In this document: in pieces, positions 50,618 to 58,658 of the stretch
How positions within the stretch are numbered: the stretch's first letter is position 1
Layout of the letters: every line of letters begins with the position of its first letter
Assembly (NCBI RefSeq): GCF_002087085.1
Contig: NZ_MWQY01000001.1
Span: 124,001-188,000 of the forward strand
DNA: 64,000 nt
Direction: 5' to 3'
Made by a program: the position numbers and the translations under genes
Notes under the pieces: generated by a model
Told to the model about the DNA's origin: nothing
Database searches by the model: none
Seen by the model: the letters and a program-made list of their open reading frames with translations, nothing else

Positions 50618-53600
50618 GCATAGCCCGGCTGGTTCTTGATAATTTCAAATATCGCCTTTGTTGCTTCACGATCCCGCCCAACAAGAGGAAACAGCGCATT
50701 GAGGACTTGTTTCTCACGTGTGTCGTCACCCCTCCATCCTGCCGGGGCTTTTTCTCTCATGGCATGGTCGATTTCAAGCGTCAGGTCAAGTCGCGTTGTT
50801 CCGAAGTACTCCGGGGTTTCTCTTGCTTCTCCGGCAGCAGTCGGATCGGCAAGAATCGAGGGCAGATTATTGTAGATCACCATCGCTTCACGTTTACCAA
50901 CCAGTTCAGCCGGGATTTCCTCATCAGCCTGACCTTTGGCCATCTGCTCAACCAGAGCTTCAGCTTTACGGAGAAAAGCTTCATAGGATTCCGTGTCATC
51001 GCGCTTTTGTTTTATAAGGTCATCAAACAACTTCGACAGTTCTTCGTAAAACCTGGGATCGGTCAACTGATCGCGAATGATCGTCTTGCGAACGTTGTTG
51101 ATTATGCCCTCGGCAACAGCATTCTTTGAGAGTTTTCCTTTATCGTTGAGCTTCTTCGCGATGGCGTCATGGATACCGGTCTCTATGATCAATTCAACCA
51201 GTGAATAGTTGTTCACCGTTCCCAGAGGGTCAGCTGGTTCGGCTTGAATATAGGTGTTGATGAGGTGGCGCATGTCCGCCTCATAGGGCTTGATGTCAAG
51301 CTCTTCACCGGAGTGCTTCTTGATCGCAGCACGAATCTCACTGAAGAATTCAACTTCTCTGTTCAGCAAGGCGATTTCGGTAGAGGAGTAACCGGCTTCT
51401 TCGAGATCCTGAGAAATGGCGGCAAAAGCCCGAACAAAGGTTGCCACCGATTTGTAGAACGAAATACGCAGAGCCTCAGTGTCATTCAGCGCATTTGGAT
51501 CATTGGCGTCACCACAGAAGTAGCGCAGATACTGCTCTACCTCACGCGGTGCAGGAACCGGCTCACAAAGATATTTCAAGGCTTCGCGGGCAGCTTCGAG
51601 CTTCGCTTTTCCCTCTTTCAACCAATCCCTGAGATGGATGTTGTTGCTCCCACCGCTGCCTTCGTCAATGTCCAACTTGTCCGAGCTGTAAACCGCAATG
51701 GCCTGCTGCACGTCCCTAAAAAGCTCCTTGAAATCGACGATATACCCATAATCCTTATCGTCTCCATCGAGACGGTTTGTGCGACAAATGGCTTGAAATA
51801 GATTATGGTCGTGTAGTTCGTTATCGAGGTAGATATAAGAACAGGATGGGGCATCGAAGCCGGTTAAAAGCTTGCTGACCACGATCAGCAATTTGCAGTT
51901 GGCAGGCTCTTCAATAAAGCGCCGCTTGGTTTCATCCTCATACTGTTTGGTCGTCTGGCCGTTCTTCAGCACATGCTGGGTGTAGGTATCGAACTTGTAG
52001 CGCTCATCGCTGTTGGCGGGCTCTCTTGAGATCGCGTTATGGTTTGGCTCGTAAGAGGTGATGATGCCACAGTACTGGCCAAAAGAAGTGTTCTGGAACA
52101 GCCGGAAATAGTGACAGGCGTCATAAATGGAAGCCGCAACCAGAATGGCCGTACCCCGATCGTTATTCAGACGCGGTTTGAGGCCAAAATCCTCGATTAT
52201 GTTGGCGACAATGCGTTGCTTGCGCTCCCCTGCGCTCATTAATTCTTCCATGGTTGCCCATCGTTTGCGCAGAATAGCCTTCTGGAAATTATTCAGGTTC
52301 CTGGTCTTTCGATCGAACCAGGCATCAATGGCGTTCTGTGATGTCAGTCGCTGCGGTACGTCGCGGGCTTCGTATTTGAGGTCAAGAATTACGCCGTCGG
52401 CGACTCCTTGATGAAATTTATAGGTATGGATATAAGTACCGAACACCTCACGGGTGGTCTTCCTGTCTTTACGCAGCAACGGGGTACCGGTAAAGCCGAT
52501 GAAGATGGCGTCTTGCATCCAGTGTTTCATCTGTTTGTTCATATCGCCACCTTGGGTCCGGTGGCACTCATCCACAAAGATGTAAAAACGCCCATGAATC
52601 GGCGGCGGGTCATTCTTGATGCCAGGATCGAACTTGTGGATGAGCGCACAGAGCAGGCGTGGTGTGGTAGCGCTGAGTTTCTCCAAGAACTGCGCTCGCG
52701 AGGTAATACGAGGCGATGGTGCTTCCTCGCCGATCACCCCGGCGTTGCGCACGACACCCTCGATTTGCTTATCCAACTCGTCGCGGTCGGTTATAACCAG
52801 AATTCGCGCATTCGGATCGTGCTCCATCAGCCATTTGGCGATCAACACCATGAGAATGCTTTTGCCGCTGCCCTGGGTATGCCAGATGACTCCCCCTTCT
52901 CGTTGTCGGATGCGCTCCTGAGCTGCTTTGACGCCGAAATACTGGTGAGGTCTGGGTACCTTCTTCTGACCCGCATCATAAATTATGAAGTTGCGGATCA
53001 TGTCCAGCAGTCGCTTTTTATCGCACATCTGGGCTATAGGTCTGTCGAGCAATGTCCCGGTCTCCATTGCACTGCCACCTTCCTCGTCTTTCCATTGAAC
53101 GAAGAACTGCTCGGGGGTACCGGTGGTGCCGTAACGGAGTCCCTGAGAATCGCTGCCCGCGAAGACGAGCTGAACCGTGCTGAAAAAGCCGATATTAAAA
53201 ATCTCTTCCTGGTTGGTAATCAGCTGGCGTACACCGTCAGCCAGTTCCACTGAACTGCGTTTAAGTTCGATCACGCCGATGGCGATACCGTTGATATACA
53301 AAACCAGATCGGGGCGTCGTTCATAGCCGCCTTTCAGAGTTACTTCCTCGGCCAGGGCAAAATCGTTTTCCTCCGGATGCTCCCAGTCGATGATGTGCAC
53401 ATCTACGTGTGGTTGACCTGGTGCAAGCAGCACCTTGACCGGGTAGCGCAACAGGTTATAGGTGCGCATGTTGGCCTGGTAGAGGGCGACGCCAGTGGTG
53501 TCGGCAGCGGTTTCCAGCTTTTGCAGAGCGGCGGATATGTGGGCATCCGAATAGCCGCGCCTATTGAGGTTTTCCCTGAGATAGTCTGTCTCGATTGGAC

Positions 53601-53724
53601 GGTTGTTTTCTCGTTTGTGCCAGTCTCCAAGGTAGTGATAACCCAGATAACTCGGGTTGGTTGCATCTGTAAAAAGAGATATTACCCGGGTTTGGGTGGT
53701 TCGTTCGGGTCGTACTCTCTCCAT
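50614..53724 (-). CDS. hsdR: Type I restriction endonuclease subunit R
   Basis: PDLVLYING...IELKR nuclease motif, [35 protein letters not shown]. Confidence 0.96.
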   Translation of the reverse strand: MERVRPERTTQTRVISLFTDATNPSYLGYHYLGDWHKRENNRPIETDYLRENLNRRGYSDAHISAALQKLETAADTTGVALYQANMRTYNLLRYPVKVLLAPGQPHVDVHIIDWEHPEENDFALAEEVTLKGGYERRPDLVLYINGIAIGVIELKRSSVELADGVRQLITNQEEIFNIGFFSTVQLVFAGSDSQGLRYGTTGTPEQFFVQWKDEEGGSAMETGTLLDRPIAQMCDKKRLLDMIRNFIIYDAGQKKVPRPHQYFGVKAAQERIRQREGGVIWHTQGSGKSILMVLIAKWLMEHDPNARILVITDRDELDKQIEGVVRNAGVIGEEAPSPRITSRAQFLEKLSATTPRLLCALIHKFDPGIKNDPPPIHGRFYIFVDECHRTQGGDMNKQMKHWMQDAIFIGFTGTPLLRKDRKTTREVFGTYIHTYKFHQGVADGVILDLKYEARDVPQRLTSQNAIDAWFDRKTRNLNNFQKAILRKRWATMEELMSAGERKQRIVANIIEDFGLKPRLNNDRGTAILVAASIYDACHYFRLFQNTSFGQYCGIITSYEPNHNAISREPANSDERYKFDTYTQHVLKNGQTTKQYEDETKRRFIEEPANCKLLIVVSKLLTGFDAPSCSYIYLDNELHDHNLFQAICRTNRLDGDDKDYGYIVDFKELFRDVQQAIAVYSSDKLDIDEGSGGSNNIHLRDWLKEGKAKLEAAREALKYLCEPVPAPREVEQYLRYFCGDANDPNALNDTEALRISFYKSVATFVRAFAAISQDLEEAGYSSTEIALLNREVEFFSEIRAAIKKHSGEELDIKPYEADMRHLINTYIQAEPADPLGTVNNYSLVELIIETGIHDAIAKKLNDKGKLSKNAVAEGIINNVRKTIIRDQLTDPRFYEELSKLFDDLIKQKRDDTESYEAFLRKAEALVEQMAKGQADEEIPAELVGKREAMVIYNNLPSILADPTAAGEARETPEYFGTTRLDLTLEIDHAMREKAPAGWRGDDTREKQVLNALFPLVGRDREATKAIFEIIKNQPGYA

Positions 53725-55658
53725 CACGTTAAACCATCCCGTGGCTGACCCTCGAATACCGCCTCTTCTACATCCTCGTCGCGAAGGCGGTCAATTTCAT
53801 CATCGTCTTCTGTTGTAGTATCAAAAGCATCTGCAATGTAGAGCAAATTCCCCAACTCTTCTCTAAGAATTTCTCGTCGGGCATTGAAGAATTCCGGGAA
53901 GTCGTCAAACGCTAACTTCAATTCCTCAGGGAAATAGTTGCTCGTGATGAAATGCTCACGTTCACGATTGGACATTCTCTGAAGCCAGTCCTTCAATGGT
54001 GTTGCGTTCTTGGACTGATTCTGCGACCCTTCCATAAGTTGCAGATTGGGAACCTGGTCGCGCCATTCCCACCATTGTGCGTACTGCTCAGAATTAATGC
54101 CCATTGCCTCAAATTCTTCACGACAGAACTTTGAAGCCGGATGGATATGGTCCTGATGGAAAGAATTCTCTCCGTACCGTAGCTGAGGATAAAGCAGTTG
54201 TAGTACGGCAAATGCGGCAGGTCCTTTGCGGTATTCAATAAACCGATTTACATCTTCTGCGGTAACCTTGAGTGATTTGCCGCCCGGCAACTGTACATCG
54301 GCAAAACATCTAAAGTCAAATGTCTTGTAGGTATCTCTAAGTGGATAAAACCCATCGGATTGTCGGGCGTCTGCTCGTAATGTATTTCGAATTTTGCTGA
54401 GGAGCTGGTCCTGGGATGATCCAAAAACTTGTTTCAGTAATGCATGAACCAGATAAAGTCTCAGCTCATTCCGGGACTTTTTATCCAGAGAACCACCTTT
54501 ATATATGTAGTACACAATTGGGATAGTAGCATTGTTGGATGTGAGTGTCTCTTTTGAAAAACCGAACTCTACCAATAGTTCAACCGTTCTCACTATGGCT
54601 TTGGCAATCTTTTGCCACTGTTCACGTATTGTCTGTACATTTTCAGCCTTGAACGAATGAACCTTATAAAGCACAGGGCCGTCGCTGAGAACAAGACAAC
54701 AACGCATAAGATATTCTGTACCAAATCCAAAACCCTGACCTAATCCGTTAATTGTTTTTTGAATTGTTTCGATCTCTTCTCGCCCGTTGTCCCAGGTGGC
54801 TACAATGGTCGAAAACAGAAGATCTGTTTTGCTTAATACAGTCCCGCCACTGTTGACTCGCACGAATATCTTCAGGATGTCTTCTAGGTCATCCTTGGAG
54901 ACCTCAAAATAGTTAATCAGAGGTTCTTCCCGAACCCGCTTGTTAAGATCCGCCAACCCTTTGCGGACAAACCTGCGTGCACCACGAAGCGCTTCCGCTT
55001 GTGACGAATCAACGCAGGAGATGGCCACCTGGTCGATGTAGTGATCAATGTCGGGATCTTTCGGCCATTCCATAATCTCTCCGACGCGGAACCAGCACAT
55101 ATGTTCTTTGTTTGTGGGATTATCCTGCGTTTGACGCATGGTGTGGCTATTGACAGCAGCCGTGGTTAGAAAGCGAAATTCAAAATTTCGCTGTTCATCT
55201 TGTTCTAGCCCCCCGTCTATGTTCTGTCGATAGGGCAGGGAGAGAAGGTTTAGATATAGATATGTTTTCTTGTATGCATCCGGGCTTGATGAACGTTTCC
55301 GGTAGCCCTTTTCGGTATGTGTACCCTGGAGCCCAATATAGATTGAGCTCAGTCGTTGCTGGCCGTCTAGTACACCGGTAATTTTATCCGGTGTAAAGGC
55401 ACCGACTTTCCTATCATTGAAAGGTGTTCGCTCGTCGTAGAATCTATTGAACTCGTAAAACACATAGTTATTCGCGTTCTTTTTATCGAGTTTCCAAAAA
55501 AGAAAAGTCCCAAAGGGATAACCACGCATAATCGAGTCGAATAGCAACTCAATTTGCCCTTTGCCCCAAACAAAGCGTCGTTGCAGTGCGGGCAGAAACA
55601 TACGGCCGCCTTCGATCTCGCTTATAGCATCATACAGAGACATTTTATGGTAACTCAT
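53724..55658 (-). CDS. GmrSD-type (DUF262 plus C-terminal HNH/DUF1524-like) modification-dependent type IV restriction enzyme
   Basis: [30 protein letters not shown]...DL; C-terminal HQDHIHP...NLQLM....NQSKN. Confidence 0.9.
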   Translation of the reverse strand: MSYHKMSLYDAISEIEGGRMFLPALQRRFVWGKGQIELLFDSIMRGYPFGTFLFWKLDKKNANNYVFYEFNRFYDERTPFNDRKVGAFTPDKITGVLDGQQRLSSIYIGLQGTHTEKGYRKRSSSPDAYKKTYLYLNLLSLPYRQNIDGGLEQDEQRNFEFRFLTTAAVNSHTMRQTQDNPTNKEHMCWFRVGEIMEWPKDPDIDHYIDQVAISCVDSSQAEALRGARRFVRKGLADLNKRVREEPLINYFEVSKDDLEDILKIFVRVNSGGTVLSKTDLLFSTIVATWDNGREEIETIQKTINGLGQGFGFGTEYLMRCCLVLSDGPVLYKVHSFKAENVQTIREQWQKIAKAIVRTVELLVEFGFSKETLTSNNATIPIVYYIYKGGSLDKKSRNELRLYLVHALLKQVFGSSQDQLLSKIRNTLRADARQSDGFYPLRDTYKTFDFRCFADVQLPGGKSLKVTAEDVNRFIEYRKGPAAFAVLQLLYPQLRYGENSFHQDHIHPASKFCREEFEAMGINSEQYAQWWEWRDQVPNLQLMEGSQNQSKNATPLKDWLQRMSNREREHFITSNYFPEELKLAFDDFPEFFNARREILREELGNLLYIADAFDTTTEDDDEIDRLRDEDVEEAVFEGQPRDGLT

Positions 55659-55778
55659 ATCAACCTCTTTTTCTCGTTAATAGTTTGCACATTATGGCAG
55701 AACGGAACATACAGGAGATTTTACGCCGCTGTTTAAGTTCTGCGAGCCCTGGATCCAATAATATTTTGTCGATTTCTT

Positions 55779-56789
55779 TTATAGCTTGTATAGTGTGCGA
55801 TACCAATCCGCCCACTCCTTAAGTGAATTATTTCGAAGTGTTTCTGCTGCCTGGATAACATCCCTCGAAGTAAATATTGAAAATTTCGAATTGTTGCCGA
55901 TCAGGTCTATGTAGTCTTTGATGGAAGCATCAAGAGCCGTATTCCTGGGATGCCGAACAACTGAGAAGTGGGCATGCATGAAGGTCCCTTGCTGTTCTAC
56001 TGCGAATGTCAGCAGTTGGTTACGCCAAAGCTGGTTCATGCCTCCCTGGAATGGACACTCTTCGTGTTTTGCATGATTTACAAAGAAATCTCGGTGGATT
56101 TCAGAAATGTCCCAGTACCTGTACCCACAGATATCGTGGTAGTAGCAGGAATCTTTGCTTTCCATAATCTCACGGAAGTTTCGCGTACAGTCGTGGCGTA
56201 TTTTATCCGTACGCCCCTTGCTCTTATATCCTCCACATTTCGTGAACTCCTTTTCCGTCAACTTGTGTTCAATCAACCAAAGGCATGGTTCGTCGTTGTG
56301 GTTGTAGTAGGCAATCGCCAGATCAGCATCGGTTCCGGCCATTGCGCTCTTATCGTTAAGCGCACCTGTGGGTTCATCCCAATATTCAATTCTCCAGCCG
56401 TGATCCAATTTATCAGTGGCGAGACGTGCGAAGTCTGGATTAAGTTTTCTGATAATCTCATTTGCTCCGGGATTCAGTAAAATTGGCAAGAACAGATTAA
56501 TGTTTGCCGCCTGCGAGCTGGCCATGTGGTTGAAGTACTTGTGGATACGGAAAGGGAAACGATCATGGTGTTCCATCATCCGTGAGACAAGGTCCCTGTG
56601 CAGAACCCGGAGATTTTCAGCGTACCGTTCTGGCAGGATGGCATCATATTCAATGCCGCGGTCGTGTCCAGGATCCTTGGTGATATTTTCCCATTTCCAG
56701 TTGATTAGGTGGACATACATTTCGAGTTGGAAGTTGTTTAGATTATTGGGCAGTTTGTAATCTTGTCCGTCTATTTTTTGTATTCTCAT
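55779..56789 (-). CDS. Putative PD-(D/E)XK restriction-endonuclease-fold nuclease (PGN_0703-like), Cys-rich
   Basis: HMASSQAANINLF, IEY, GTDADLAI, IEHKLTEKEF (D...ExK), C...C...C...CPF, NQLWRNQLL. Confidence 0.72.
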   Translation of the reverse strand: MRIQKIDGQDYKLPNNLNNFQLEMYVHLINWKWENITKDPGHDRGIEYDAILPERYAENLRVLHRDLVSRMMEHHDRFPFRIHKYFNHMASSQAANINLFLPILLNPGANEIIRKLNPDFARLATDKLDHGWRIEYWDEPTGALNDKSAMAGTDADLAIAYYNHNDEPCLWLIEHKLTEKEFTKCGGYKSKGRTDKIRHDCTRNFREIMESKDSCYYHDICGYRYWDISEIHRDFFVNHAKHEECPFQGGMNQLWRNQLLTFAVEQQGTFMHAHFSVVRHPRNTALDASIKDYIDLIGNNSKFSIFTSRDVIQAAETLRNNSLKEWADWYRTLYKL

Positions 56790-56823
56790 ATCAATATAGT
56801 CCTGCGGATAAGGTGTCTGTTCA

Positions 56824-57369
56824 TCATGATTTCACAATAAACGGTTGAGGGCTTAGATTTCCCGGTAGATATAACGGATGAGTCGGTGTTCCGTTTTTTG
56901 TCAGGCGCAGATAGCAGAGTCGCGGATGATCGCTGAGGAGAGCGACCACTTCGTTGCTATGCCGATGAAGTGCTTTGGGAGGCAAGCCGTACGCCAGTAC
57001 CACGGTTTCGGCTTCGGCGGCCATCTCAATAATCATTTGATCGTTTTGCGGGCCCACCGGGTCATGCACCTTAAGCAGTCGATTCTTGTCGGTTGCCCGG
57101 TAGGCATGGACATTGCCTACCAGCTGTCCGCCAAAACCCCAAGAGCGTGAAAACTTGCCTGTCTTACGGAGCGTTGGATCGCTGAAGTCGAGGCACGCTA
57201 CGCTGGGATTCATCAACAGCCAGAGCACCAGCGGTCGAGACGGGTCCCAAATTTCGCGCAACTGATAACGGTATCGCTGGCATGGGGAAAATACGGCGGT
57301 GACCTTGGAATCGTCCGGCCAGGCGGGGCGTACCTTGCCGCTTGGGTCGTGTTTTGGAGACGGGCTCAT
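56824..57369 (-). CDS. DUF1643 domain protein
   Basis: FSPCQRYRYQL...W, LMNPS, DPTLR, WGFG, NVHAYRAT, VVLAYG, TKNGTPTHPLY; its ATG overlaps the hsdS stop. Confidence 0.88.
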   Translation of the reverse strand: MSPSPKHDPSGKVRPAWPDDSKVTAVFSPCQRYRYQLREIWDPSRPLVLWLLMNPSVACLDFSDPTLRKTGKFSRSWGFGGQLVGNVHAYRATDKNRLLKVHDPVGPQNDQMIIEMAAEAETVVLAYGLPPKALHRHSNEVVALLSDHPRLCYLRLTKNGTPTHPLYLPGNLSPQPFIVKS

Positions 57370-58658
57370 ACAGTTGTTCTCGACGTTGCTACGAGTCGTG
57401 TCTTCCCGGTCAGCAGTTCCTGCATCATGGTCAGTTTGAGATCTTTGGTTTTGTCGCGGCGCTGTTCCAGAACGGCGATCTCGGCGTCCATGTCGGAGAG
57501 GACGGTGGCGATGGCGGTTTGCTCTTTGGTCTCTGGGACTGGAATATCGATCTCAAGATATTCATTTATTCGGATGTTGGGATATGTCGATGCCTCACAC
57601 AATGATGGCAACATACTTTTTATGCGATTTGAAGTGAGGAAAAAATATAAGAAGTTCGGGAAAATCGCTTTCGGACGAAGTCGCATCAGGAAATTGCTGA
57701 ATAGAAAAGCTCCAGCCAATGACCGATCAATAAGGACCATCTTTCCGGACTGAATGCTTGCCGCTGAGCCACTGGATTTCACAACGACCAAATCGCCAAC
57801 CGAAACGCCATAAGTCGCTACCTGTTCAGAGGTAAAGAACCGTGTTTGCATGATTTTGCCATTCCATCGGTCATCGTTCGAAATTTGGGCGGTTGTTGCG
57901 ACTGGCATTGGCAACAAAGTTGGTGATTGCCGTTCGACACCATATGTCCCACTCGGAGCGCAGTCGACTATCTCCCTAAGGCGCTTAACCTCCCACTCCC
58001 CCTCAAACCCCGGCAGGCGGGTCTCGCCGGTGAGGAGTTGCTGCATGGCAGCCTGTTTGAGATTGCGCTTCTTGGCGATCAGCCGGTCAAGTCCATCCAG
58101 CAGGGCATCCACGTCGCTCAAGGCGGTGGCGATGGCGCGTTGCTCGGGAAGCGTTGGAATGGGTGCAAGGACAAGCCCGAGATTCTGTTGCCCAACATTG
58201 GCGCGAACTGCGCCTTGTCCCATTGGAACAATTTGTGAACGGATGACGGAAGCGCGGAGTGCATACCCGGAATATACAGGGTTAAGGCGCTTGTTGAGCG
58301 GTCTACCTCGAATGACAAATCCTCCAAAAACGACACGTTCGGTTCCAAGATATGTTGCCGCTAAAGCAACCTCATCCTGCGTCTCCGAGGTGCGATTGAA
58401 TAGCACGTCACCCATGTGGACTGCGTAAGAAGAAATTACTGATTCAGGCAACGTAACCTGGCCGGTAACTTCAGGCCCGTGAATATGAGTATAGGTAATC
58501 GGTTCAAGCACATTGATAAAGCGGACACCCTGACCATACGATGCTTTGTCTGCATTGACACCGTTGCGGAATGCAAAGAGCTCAGCAAATGGTACTATCT
58601 CCCAATCTTCCGGAATCACCCCCACCTCGGTTTGTTTGTATCCCGGCTTCAGTTCCAT
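57366..58658 (-). CDS. hsdS: Type I RM specificity subunit
   Basis: GYKQTEVGVIPEDW; two TRDs each followed by a conserved P..EQ.AIA..LSD.DA...MQ.LLTG.TRL helix. Confidence 0.95.
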   Translation of the reverse strand: MELKPGYKQTEVGVIPEDWEIVPFAELFAFRNGVNADKASYGQGVRFINVLEPITYTHIHGPEVTGQVTLPESVISSYAVHMGDVLFNRTSETQDEVALAATYLGTERVVFGGFVIRGRPLNKRLNPVYSGYALRASVIRSQIVPMGQGAVRANVGQQNLGLVLAPIPTLPEQRAIATALSDVDALLDGLDRLIAKKRNLKQAAMQQLLTGETRLPGFEGEWEVKRLREIVDCAPSGTYGVERQSPTLLPMPVATTAQISNDDRWNGKIMQTRFFTSEQVATYGVSVGDLVVVKSSGSAASIQSGKMVLIDRSLAGAFLFSNFLMRLRPKAIFPNFLYFFLTSNRIKSMLPSLCEASTYPNIRINEYLEIDIPVPETKEQTAIATVLSDMDAEIAVLEQRRDKTKDLKLTMMQELLTGKTRLVATSRTTV

